A stretch of DNA of 64,000 nt from Vicugna vicugna (Eukaryota): contig MU061579.1 of the NCBI GenBank assembly GCA_013265495.1, forward strand, positions 6,136,963-6,200,962. Reading direction: 5' to 3'. Below the pieces are notes generated by a model. That model did no database searches, was not told the DNA's origin, and saw only the letters and a program-made list of their open reading frames with translations. This document shows, piece after piece, positions 37,248 to 49,300 of the stretch. The stretch's first letter is position 1, and the number at the start of each line of letters is the position of its first letter. Position numbers and translations under genes: made by a program.

Positions 37248-37968
37248 TGGTACAATGCAAGATAGATATTTGATTTTAGTCCCTGCTCCCTGGTATACAG
37301 TTCCCTAAAGCTCTTGCAATCCCCTGAGTGATAAAAGCCTTTTGTATGCTGATGAGATAGCTTGTGGCTGAAGGCTACGCAGCTTCAGGATGGGAGCTGG
37401 TCACCCTGAGACCAAGATGTGATTAGAGTTGGAACTTTCAACCAGCCCTACCCTGGGAAAGGGAGAAAGGCTGGTGACTAAGTTAATTACCAATTGCCAA
37501 GAATGTCATCAGTCTTGCCTATGAAATGAAACTTCCATAAAACCCCCTATACAACAGGGTTCAAAAAGCTTTCAAGTTGATGAACACACTGAGGGGCTGG
37601 CAGGATGGTGCACCCAGGGAGAACTTGGAAGCCCTGTACCACAAGTCCCTCTTATAACAAGCTGGTAGTAATAATTGAACTGCTTTCCTGAGTTCTGTGA
37701 GCCATCCTAGTAAATCATCAAACCTGGGGGAGAGAGGGTAATGGGCACCCCAATTTGTATCTACGCTGGACAGAAGGATGGGTAACCTGAGGACCCAACA
37801 GGGGTGACTGGTGCAGGAAATGAGTACAATCTTGTGGGACTGAGCCTTTAAACCTGTAGGGTCTGCTACTCCCTCTGGGTGGTGGAGTAGCAGTGAATTT
37901 AAGACACCCAGTTGGTGCCTGGACAGTTGGAGAATTGCTGGTATGAAGAAAAACGGCACATATCTGGA
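37248..37968 (+). mobile_element. MER21-like solo LTR
   Basis: agcttcaggatgggagctggtcacc, gattagagttggaactttca, ttcctgagttctgtgagccat, cttgtgggactgagcc motifs. Confidence 0.78.
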
Positions 37969-38886
37969 GTAATATGAAGCATTATAAGTAAAAACAGCTT
38001 AGGTAATGTCTACATTTTCTACAGAGGCTTGAATCTCCATCTGTGTAAATAAAGCTTGTTTTCTTTCTTAAAATTTGAGCCAGTAAGCCTGTTTTAACAG
38101 ATAAAATGAGTACCAGATTTGGTAGTATTTCTGAAATTGCTAAGTACTTCTTGGTCCTTCCAAAGCCCTCTGACAACTGCCTCTGATCAGCTGGTGGCAT
38201 GCTGATTATTTGTGGCAAATGAATTAACGTGGTTGAACTTAACAGACACTGATTATGGCTCTTGTGTACACTAAAGCTATGGAGTTACTGTAGATTATTA
38301 ACATGTATGAAGAACATACCATAAGTTTTGTGTTTCAGCATCACAATAAAGCAATGAGTAGGATGCCCATAATACAAAATATGTATCAATAAGTGCTGTG
38401 AGATCTACTAAACTCAGCATCATTTTAAGCTGCAGTTCCTTTTAGGAAACCATGGAGCAATTGTAATTAGTTCATTGTGATCTTAAAGGAGACACTGTAT
38501 TTGATTAGGCTAAAAGTGGGTAAAATAACAACACAGCTTAAAGACAATGTAATATCCCTTTTCATTTTATTCCTTCAAAATGAAGTATTTTTTCATATAT
38601 TTGTAGATCAACAAATTAACATACTCACCAAGCCCACTAAGAAAAAGAAATACTACAAAAAGAAACCTCAGATCTCATGAAATTAGTATCTTTACAGACT
38701 GCATGATTATTCAAGTCACTTTTACAAGGAGCTTTTACGTACTGGCTAATAAATTACAGGACATAAAAAAGAACATAATTTTATTAAGTGTCCTGTAAGA
38801 AATAACGTCACCACTGGCAACGTAGGAGTGGATCACCCGAGCTTTCCTGCAGTAGTATAAACACAGAACGTTTAAATATAACTTAC

Positions 38887-39002
38887 CTAAAACTCCTGTA
38901 GGGAGTGATTATTTCAAAAGACTGTTTCACGGTTCGGTCCACTTGCTTTACATTTGCTACATTCATAGGAATTATGGTAATACCAAGTCCACTCTTAAAA
39001 TC
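38887..39002 (-). CDS. ARAP2: ARAP2 exon ~10 (116 nt), PH2: DFKSGLGITIIPMNVANVKQVDRTVKQSFEIITPYRSF
   Basis: TAG acceptor, GTAAGT donor, phase 0->2. Confidence 0.95.
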
Positions 39003-39999
39003 CTAGTTTGGAGAAAAAAGAATTATAAAGAAACAAAAATATGGATTTTGAAAGTACAATTACATTCTCTAAAATCTAATAAATCCTATTAAATTTTCTA
39101 CTGTATTTATGGAATTCATTCATTAAAAAATGAATTGAGAGTGACTTTCTTATTTTAGGTAGTCATTTTCAACATATGATAACACAGTAGCAATTGAAGC
39201 CTGACAGTCAGGCTATTAATAAGGGATGAGTTTTTTTTCACATGAAACACAGTCTGACTAGGACGAGATCGTGAACTCCACATGCCTTGTGTTTAAAAGT
39301 TAGGCACGTTTTCACCTTTAGCCACTCAGTAAAGGGAACTAATAGTGAACTAACCCTTACCATGTGCCCAGCAGGTTTCTAGGTGGTGGAGCCAAATGAC
39401 ACTGCGAGGTTGGCATAGTTGCTATTTATATGAAAAGAAGGGAAAACCAAGGCTCAAAGGAGTACAGTACAGTGGAAAGAACAGCTGGCCATACAGGGGA
39501 GGAAGGGGCTGAGATGCAAGCCGGCGAACCGCTCGCTCTTTGTCTTAGTACTTGGTGTCACCTCTGCTATCACGTGATTTTTCTCGTTTGCTCTCAAACA
39601 AAAGCCTTACTTGTTTTACAATTTTATCTCATTGCCACCATTTTGTTACTTTCCTCTTCCTTCAATTAGATTCATAGGAAGCTCCTCTAATGCTATTTTC
39701 GTATGAAAATTGTTCAACAGCCACTATGTTCAGCTTGTGTCACCAAAATTAGAGACTGTTCTGAAGGCTACAGAGCCTGCCTTCAGAAAGCACTAAAGTT
39801 TGCAATGTATTATCTAGTCATAATGGTTTTGGAATTTGATTTATCAATCTTACACCTTAAAGTATACCTAATTTGTAGCTCAAAAAATGAATTATGTAGG
39901 TGAACAGGTTCAGTGTGCTCTGAATTCCTAAATTATGATTGGGAAAAAGTAGCCAGACTACAGATGATTGCACAAAATATCGGTCCACTTTTGGTAAGG

Positions 40000-40488
40000 A
40001 CCCTTCAGGCAAAAACAATTCACAGGCCTTCTTCTCTTTGTCTCCCCTGCTGTAGAGGCTAAAAGTACAAGTTCTATTTTCCCATCTCCCTTGTAGCTAG
40101 GAGGGGCCATCTGTCATAGTTTTGGTCAATAAAATATAAACAGTTTCCAGCCTAGGGGGCAGGAGGTTGATGGGAGGCTATGGAGGGACAAATCTTGGGA
40201 GAAAGACTTCCACCCTTGGCCTTTCCATCTTCCTGGGAAATCACATCTAGAAACACAGAAGCCATTTTAGAACATAAGGATCCTTGAGAAGAAAAGCCTG
40301 AGGACAGATTCTTGCACTCTAAGGATGCCAGAGGGAGAAAAAAAAAAAAAAGAAGAATCTTGTTCCCTGGTGGTATCAACTCCCCATGAGTGATACCAAG
40401 AGATCTTGTTAAAACAAGTAACTCCCTATCTATGTAAGTTAGCCTTCAGGTTTTTGTCATTTGATACAAGTGTATTCCTGACTGATAA
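40000..40488 (+). mobile_element. Ancient ERVL/MaLR LTR (MLT1J/LTR33-like)
   Basis: ttcccatctcccttgtagctagg...tggtcaataaaatataa...attcctgactgata; subfamily uncertain. Confidence 0.55.
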
Positions 40489-41699
40489 AATAAGTGGAAT
40501 AAAACAATGTTATAACAAATTTCCCCCACTTGTAAAGAGTTTCCAGGCACAAATTGCAGAAAAAGTTCACTTAATTTTTTTTAAAAATGTGCAAGGTTTT
40601 TGTTGGGATTAGGAAATGATCCATATATAAAATAAATCATCAATTGAAAACGATTTTTTTTATGATGAAAGAACAAATGGCTCATTTTGTTAGAAGAAAC
40701 AAGCCAGAAACTGAGTCAGCGATAGAAAAGATACAGAGACATGCTAAGTGGTGTGAAATACTTAGAAGAATGTGATACATTTTCACTTTGAATCATAAGC
40801 CCCACTTAACAAAAAATAGTACCTAGGGTGCTCTATATTCCAATCCACCCCATTTTATTAAGTTTTAGCAGTGGTATAGTGTTAGACTTATAATTATTAA
40901 ATTAAATTTAAAAAATTCTCCATTATCTATACCAATGGTCCTGCTGGATAACGCAACTGTTGGAGAAACTCCGAAAGCATGTCATTGGAAACTCAAATTC
41001 TCCCTTAAAAATGAAAATAAAGTAGGGGTAGCAAAGTAAGATATTTTAAAAACAGCTTTCTGATGGCCCAGCTTGATACAAGGGTACCTGGAGAATAAAA
41101 CAGTTACCCTGCATCTCCTTCAAACAACCCTTGGGGCGAAGCTTCTGACAAGAGCTGGGTATCGGATTACGCCCGGTTGTTGCTCTCTCATGGGGCCTGG
41201 CCTGCAGGTGCTGTGTGTTACTCAGGGTGGAGACACATGCTCAGACCATCAGACTAGCAGGGGGGTGGACTGACAACCTTTATGGAAACTGATGAGCCTC
41301 ATCATGGCTCCGGTCCTAATAGATGGCGCCTCACTTCTACAAGAAGGTGTGCAAAATCTACTTATAAAGCTGCAACTTTCGTTAAAAATAAAATAAGTCA
41401 GGGTCGGCTCAAGGCCCCAGATTTCTCCCAAGCAAGGCAAGGATGATTTTTCAGCCTGGAAAGAGAAAACTGTAACCCATTCATCAGCTGCTTGCCATGG
41501 CCATATGGTTTTGGGTAATTAGAGTAGCCACTGAACTCACCGGCACAAATGGACTGTAAAATGTACAGCAGAGTAACAAAATAAATGTCAGTGCTCTCGA
41601 GAGCTATCAAATATGAAACAACTGCATTTCTGATTGAAAATATTTGTGGTGACAGTAAGCCATCTTTCCAGACAGCATTTAGAACAGATGTAGAATACA

Positions 41700-41856
41700 G
41701 CTCAGTCCTAGATGCCCATCAAAGTCACCTGTGTTAATCTCACCCTGCCACCCGGAGACTCCGATTCCATGAATCAGAGGGCAGAACCTAGGAATTTTCA
41801 GTTAAAAACAACTACAACCCTATGATTCTCATATGTAGCAAATACTGAGAAACACT
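41700..41856. mobile_element. MER5-like hAT MITE
   Basis: ccacccggagactccgattcc...tgattctcatatgtagc...tgagaaacactg. Confidence 0.55.
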
Positions 41857-42539
41857 GAATTAGATAGCAGAACCAGCTGCAGACTCTAAACAGTATGAGT
41901 CTGCAGCATTTAAATATCAGGATATAAACATTTCTCTCTGCCTTCTGCAGAGCAAACCAAGCAGGTAATCAGATTACACAAGACCCACTTGAAATTATTA
42001 GGACTACTGGTTAAAACTGGCTGGTCAGAACACAGTGTCACACTGGACTGTCAAGAAACTATCTGTTCTAGGTGCCAACCCTTGTGCCAACATCCAGAGG
42101 CTTTAAAACCACCGTTCTTCCTCAAGCATATATACTGCATAACTGATTTAATATCTGTGTAGTGCTCTGAAGCTTACAAACAGCTATGATCTCTCATTTG
42201 ATTCTCAGAACAATTCTTTGAAGAAGGCAGAGCAGATACAGCCATTTTCAAAATGAGAAAATCTGTCCTGGAGAAAACCATGTTTAGTAAGTACAAAGCA
42301 AGTGCCCCAAATTATGCTAGGTCCTGGGTCTGCACAGAAGCAGGGCACTCACCTTGGGGAAGCGTACAGTCTAAGTAGGGAATGAGACAGAACTGTAATA
42401 AATGCAACAGAAGGAAAATGCACGGTGTAGGGTAAGCACCGAAACAACCCGGAGACTTGTGTTCATGCGCCGCTTTGCGAAGAATCCAAGGGACACTTGA
42501 CCGGACAGACAACAAAACCCAGACCAGCCTGATCAGGAC

Positions 42540-42700
42540 TACCTCTCTGGCTTCAGTTCACCTGTCTGCAGAATGAGGGTAACAGTAGTACCGACTGCAT
42601 CAGTGTGTGTGAGTTAAGTTAATACCTAAAATACACTTAGAGGAATGCCTGGCGCAGTAAGCACTGCATCGGCCCCGTAGCTATTGTTATTACTATTATT
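42540..42700 (+). mobile_element. MIR SINE
   Basis: cttcagttcacctgtctgcagaatgagggtaacagtagtacc...tgcctggcgcagtaagcact. Confidence 0.7.
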
Positions 42701-45700
42701 TTGTACCTCTTGAACTTGAAGCCAACCGAACATTATTGCCCACTAAAAGGTTAATTACAAGAAAATGCGTGCTTAAAAAATAACCTGCAGGCACATATAC
42801 ATTTTTAACAATGGGATGGAGTGTGAATGTTAGACTTTCAAGAAAATTTAAAATAACCACCTATTAACCACAGTCTGATTGTGAGCATTATTCTCATTTT
42901 GAAAAATAGGCACAAGTCAGGGACATGCCCAACTTCAACCTTTAAAATGCTATAAACTGGACTGAAAAAACAATGAGCATAGAAATTCAGTGGGTAGAAA
43001 TATGTTATTATAGAAAGCATAAAGCAGATTCTGGAGTAAGCTATATTGTCCAGTTGGTCTGCGGTCACACAGGGTGGGCTCTCAAAGAGCACCAATGGCC
43101 ACGCGTGGCAGAACAGACCTGATCCTGCAAAGGTGGCAATGAGGACGTGGGCACTGGGAGTCAGAACTAGGCGGGAATCTTGACTGACCCATTTACTGGC
43201 TGTATGACTACTGACAAGTTCATTAATTCATCTGCACCTCACTGATGAAACGGCAGAAATATAACACTGCTATAAAAACTAAACAAACAAATACAAGTCG
43301 AGGGAGGGTCTAATACATTCAGACAATCCTCTCATTTGAGGGGTCCAAATACAGAATTTGTCTTCAATGAGGATATTTTCGTTTTATTTACAGGGACTGA
43401 AAGTAGTCACACCAATGATTCCATACTCAACACTGAGATTGGAATTAATGGCAAATATTTACCAAGACACTGAAATGGGTCATTTGTACAAATTTGGAGC
43501 AACAGAGCCTGGCTAAAGCCACAGTTCAGAACTAGAAAGTGAAGGAACAAAATCAAAGTTTGATTCCTAAGAAGAAAAATTAAAGAAGGGTTTGTTAACC
43601 ACAAATTTGCTGCAATCTCAAACCTATTTTTGGAAATACCGGATGCCAGGTTTCCATGCCAGGATTTTAAGAACTTGGTGCTTAGACATTTGTGGAAAAC
43701 AGATGTGGCATTGTATGACACTGGCATCAGATTTCCGGGGCAACACCAGATGCAGAGTTTGGCCAGATACAGAACCCAGAGAATCTGAGGCCACCACCTA
43801 CATCCTGCTGCTTCTTTCTGCACCACACAGCCCAGAGCTCTATGAGGTCTATTTACATTCTATTAGAGTCTCATTCCCATGCCAGACACCAGGGAACATT
43901 ATGCTGGGGGAATGAGTCTCTTGTTATATGCTGATTTGAGAAATGTTTAATCAAGTGAATGCAGTTAAAACCTCAATGCCTCAATTATCATTAAATGGAT
44001 ACACAAACCTACCAAGCAAGACATCTGGTTGTAATGAATTCCCTAATATTAACATGATATTCAAAAACTCATCAGGAAAAGATGTGAGACGGGCTGTCAG
44101 GACAATGTAACAAATGGAAACCAAAGTCAATTATCTTAAATTTGCCTCGTGTCTCTTTGCAGAAAGTCCATTCTAGTAGCAATACCGTATATATAAACAC
44201 TGCATATACTTTGGTGTGTGTTCATATTTTATAACCTCCAATAAAATTTTTAAAATACTAGTTTATACCATAGCCACATCATTTTGAGAAAAATAAATGT
44301 ATAAAATCATTATTTTTCTAGAATACAGAAAGTCTATAAGCTTTGAACTGATTTAAAAAATTATTTCTATAAACAAAATTTCTATGTGACAAAAATTAAC
44401 AGAAAAATGAAAAATAAGTGACAGCTTAGAAAACCAGCTGTAGAAAATATGACATGAAGATTAACATCTATATTACGTGAAAAGCTTAAAGAAATTGTCA
44501 GAAATGACAATAAAATCCCAGTAAATAAATACGAAAAAAATGAAGATAGACTCCATAAAGAGGAAAGTAGTATTAAAAGAATTTTTATTCATATATAAAC
44601 TCTCTAGTCAGGAAAACAGCTATAAATGACCATTAATTCAACAATTTCATTCTAGAAATGTTTACTGAGTGTCAGCTACTTTCCTGGAACTCCGAATGGC
44701 AGAGCAGTGAATAAAGTAAATCACCACAGCCTTAATTTGGGAATATAAAAATTATAATGCTTTTAAGGTTAAAATGAAACTAATGTCTATTCATGTACCT
44801 AACAGAACTTTCAATGTAAACAATTCTTTAGAAATGGGTTACAAGAACTCTTGTCCAAAAAGATCATCAAAATGAAAGAGAAGGCTACAAACAGAAGGCT
44901 ATCAGAAATCTCTCTCATTTATTTATCCCTGTGTGTTACCCCGAATGGAAGGTAAGATCTTAAAGAACAGTAACCCTTTGCGTTACCACTGTGCCCCAAA
45001 TGCCTAGAGCAGTGCTCACGAATGAAGAGATGCCCAACAAACACTTGTAACATGGATAAATGAAAGTGAATCTTTGAACTGAGCAACTAACAAAGATAAA
45101 AGTCCACGTTAATTGCATAGAGCGTGGAGCTGGCAGTGAACTCTGGAGGGAATGTGCAGACTGGCATTCTCCTGGAAAACATCATGACACTTCCCTTAAG
45201 AAATAAAGAAGTTATTGGCTTTGTTATGACAGTCTATTCTAATATCTATTTTAATTTAAAGAAATGCATAGGTTCTTGACTCAGAAGAGGTAGATCCAGA
45301 AAACGTGAAAGAATCACTGAAAATATATCTGTACGCATGTTTGACATGGAATCTTAAGGATACCTATTAGAAGCAGAGGAAAAGCTCTAGGAAAGATTAA
45401 TAATAATCCACAAAATTAGAGTAAATTTCCAGACATAGGCACAGAGTTAAAGGAACTTATGGGAAATAACAATGGTTTCAAATTGTTTTTCAAACACTTT
45501 CTTTTATGCTGACTTTGCAGACAGAGTTTTAATTTCTCCAACAGATCATAATCTGGTAATAAAAAGTCTGTATTAAGAAAAAAGAATTAAACAGTTTTCA
45601 TATAATTTATAAGCTGAAAAATTAAAGTTTTATACAAAAATTGAGCTTATAGCCAAAAAATAAAAATAAAAACAAATCAGTAGCTATAGTTTAGAACCAA

Positions 45701-46859
45701 CACTATCCACTGTCAACTCTCTCTGGAGTGACTTCCAAAATAAATTAGTATTTAACTATATATAAATAGAAGCAAAAAAACAAAAAGAAAATAGTTTATA
45801 TGTCGAGGGGGATGTAGGTCAATTTTATTTTTTATTCTATGTATACTGTAAGTTATATAGGCAGTAACATTGCTGTTTTAAATATTTTTTAATTAAACTT
45901 TGATGCATGGACTTAAATTAGGTCCAATACAAATTAAGATATAGAGATTCAAATCTAACACCTCTGTCAGTTAAAAAAAACATAAGATTACTCCATGTAT
46001 TGTGTATATAAAATTTTTAGAAGTTACATCTAACTATTTTACTATCTTTGAGTGCTTTTCCTAAAACACTAGCTTAAAGCCCTCTGCATTCAGGAGAAGG
46101 GACTCACTGTGCTTGTTACCCAAGTTCTCCACACAATCTGGTCAGGCACGTGAGAATGAGCAACCTTGCTCTGGAAAGAAAGACGTACACCAGGATGTAA
46201 AAACAGATGAAACTGGAATGGTGTGTCAGGGCCTACGTACAAAGGATCTTCCTTAATTTACCCACCCAGTCTTGAGCCAACTAGTTCCTTAAGGTTTGAC
46301 TCAAGACCAAGTCCCTTAAGACCTGGCTCCATATACTATGATTCAATTTTGTTTTTTGAAGACCGCGTATACAAACAATAGAACACACTTTTTAAGGGAA
46401 TATATACAGGAGTGCTAATGCATTAAAAAAAAGACTTGAAATATATATTTATCAAAAATAGGCTGACCTCTCAAAAGGGGTCCAGCATGAATGCTTTAAT
46501 TTTTAAGGAGGTGATATTCATTCCTTGTATATGGAAGTGTTTCTAATTCCTAGACTTCATTAGATGCCCTGTTTTGCCCTTCTCAGTAACTTCTGCACAA
46601 GTCTAATAAAGCACTGAGCTCACCAGGCAGCACAAATGCTGGTGTTGCCTGACTTTTCCTCCCAGAAGGTAAAACTCGCATCCTCCTCTGCAAGCACATC
46701 ATTTTTAGAAGGTCTGACATGGGATACAGTGTTTACTGAAGGCACACTCCAGCCTGCTAGGCAACTAAGTTATTCAAGGGGAGATTCCTTAGGCCATTTC
46801 TAAAAGGTCACAAGTCAGAAATTTTCTTTTCAACATAGACTTTAAAAAGACACTTTGCT

Positions 46860-47082
46860 GTAGCAGCTAAGAAGTTAGGCTTAAGCTTATAAAGTTCTGG
46901 TTTTAAAATAAACTCTCATGATGAACTATAATCCTTAAACAAGTTACTTAATCCTCATTCTCCCCATCTATGAAACATGGATGAGAATATCTTCCTCTTA
47001 CATTTGTGGGAAAGATTAAAAGGGAATGTTTAGAAATTCATCAACACAGTACCTGGTACTCAACAAACGGTAGTCATTACTA
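46860..47082 (+). mobile_element. MIR SINE
   Basis: ccttaaacaagttacttaatcctcattctccccatctatgaaacatgg...aacacagtacctggtactcaacaaa. Confidence 0.65.
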
Positions 47083-48608
47083 TGCTTTTTATGCTCAATT
47101 ATTAATATTAAAGCAAGAATTTCATGTAACTTTTTGCTAACCAGAACGTATGAATAAAACTTTAAAAATATCTGCTTTACTTTAAGGGAATAACATAAAC
47201 TCAGACAATCCAGCTAATGTAAGCAATGAACCTAATAATTTGAAGTTCATCAGGTCTGCGTAAGTAAAAAATGAATACCTCAATTAATCTGGCAGAGTAA
47301 CTTCCATTTTGATACACGTAAATTATGCATTTTTAACCTTATTCCAATTAAAAGAAAGTTTTAATCACCTTGCTTCAGAGACTGAAAATGTTCATATTCA
47401 GCTCAGACACATGATTAAGCTGTAAATCACTACTCTTCTTGAGGAAGAAGCTAACTATCCAAGTTATTAATATGCCAACAGTGCTCAGTGATGCCTCCCA
47501 TAGTTAATTGGCCAAGAAATCTTATCCCCAAAATGTAATGAGTAAGTTCACACTGAAGTTCACTGGATGCCTTGGATAAAGATCTACGGTTAATTTTTTG
47601 GAAACTCCTGTTTGTTTTGAGTTGCTATCTCTATTTTTTTGTTATGAAAACAGCCGGCATTTCCATTTCACCTTATCGTAATCCATTATAATTTAAAAAC
47701 AAATGAGTTCATCTTAGATCAGATGTCCAAAACACACTGCTTAATTCCACAAATAATGACTAAGCATCTAATGTATTCTAGGCTGACAGATTAAGCAAGA
47801 ATTCATTCCTAAAAGGGGATAAGAAAATAATTTTCTTATACATATTAAAAGCCAGATATGGTAGAGAAAAAGAAGCCTACAGAATCAAATGAAGTTAACA
47901 GGATTTGTTAAAACTTTAACGTCAGTCTCCTCAAACCATTTAAATTCTCTGCTGAATCCTTTGATATCAACCGAATTCAACGTCCTAACAAGTTCTTCTT
48001 ATTTATATGTGATACGTGCATATGTGCGTATGTGAGTACACCAATCACCTGCCTCTAGTAATTGATCTCCTTTGTAGTCAACATACCTGCTCAAAAAATA
48101 CAAAAACAAAAACAAAAACACCAAAAAACCCAAAATCAAATTAAAAAACAGGACCCCCGTCCCAAACCCAGTAAACTCAAGAAATGGTACTTGTGCCTAC
48201 TCTACAGTTGCATCACAGAAACAAAAGAAATGCAACAGGTGCAGAACTAGACCTGTTTCATCAACAGCTGTAACAGTTAATTGGTTCTTAATTATGCTCT
48301 TGTGTAGTTTTGCAATGTTCCTTCATCTAAAGGACACTTTTCAAAAATGAATTTTCATTGATTCTATTTCCTTAGTTCCTTAAAGAAGGTGATGTCCAGT
48401 CTCCAATTTGATGTAGATTACCTGCTGCGGGTGGAACTGAGCAAATGCAGCAAAGCAACTCTGTCGCATTTGGAGTATACAAGGCAAAAGCCAGACTCCA
48501 TGAGTGAAAACATTAATAAGCCTAACAAACAAAGCACAGCTGCTCATGTAGTTTGTAAGGTTTGTAATACAAGGAACCACAATCTGCAATTAGTCCAGCA
48601 TAGCTCAC

Positions 48609-48787
48609 CTGTTCGTTTTTGCAAAGCCACACGCTGTTTCCACTTAATACAGTAAAAATTTTAGCTTTATAGCCTCTCAGTTCAAGATATCCACATTTCT
48701 CAGGCGCAGCAACTGCTGGAGACTGGGAGGAAAGGGACTGTAATTTCAGGGCATTTAACAGTAGGCTGATCCAGTCATTTCTCTCCT
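48609..48787 (-). CDS. ARAP2: ARAP2 exon ~9 (179 nt), end PH1/start PH2: ERNDWISLLLNAL...GNSVWLCKNEQ
   Basis: Inside ORF 48522..48803; CAG acceptor, GTGAGC donor, phase 1->0. Confidence 0.96.
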
Positions 48788-48976
48788 CTGAAAATAAAGA
48801 CAAGAGAAGGCACAGAGATCCATAGTTAATAAGTTATAAAGACACAGCCATGTGGAAAGAGATCAACTTTCTTTGCAACAGATAATTTATAGATTCTTTC
48901 CCAGAACCACAACCTAAATGCTCCTGTCAGCAGGGCTGATGGCCTAGTTCTGTTAGGGAAAAGAACTCACTCTTAC

Positions 48977-49152
48977 TAGTCCTCCCTCGGTATCCGCAGC
49001 AGACTGGTTCCAGGGCTGTCGTGGATGCCAGAATCTCCAGATGCTCAAGTCCCTTACAGTCAGCCCTCTGCATCCCCAGATTCACCAACCATGGGTTCTA
49101 CCCACCATGGGTCAAAAATACCCTTGTGTGCAGAACCAGAGGGTATGTACTG
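48977..49152 (+). mobile_element. Short MER2-like Tigger MITE
   Basis: TIR-like agtcctccctcggtatccgc...ggttccagg...gatgctcaagtccctta. Confidence 0.7.
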
Positions 49153-49159
49153 GTTACAG

Positions 49160-49300
49160 GACTCAGTTGTCCTGCAACCAATACCACTGGCTTCACCTGA
49201 GAGCTGGGCAGAAATACACAATCCCAGGCCCGGCTCCAGACCTAACGAATCAGAATCTTCTCCAGATGATGCGCATCCATGTTAACATCTAAGCAGCATT
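49160..49300. mobile_element. MER5-like hAT MITE
   Basis: cacctgagagctgggcagaaatacacaatcccaggccc...cagacctaacgaatcagaatct. Confidence 0.6.
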
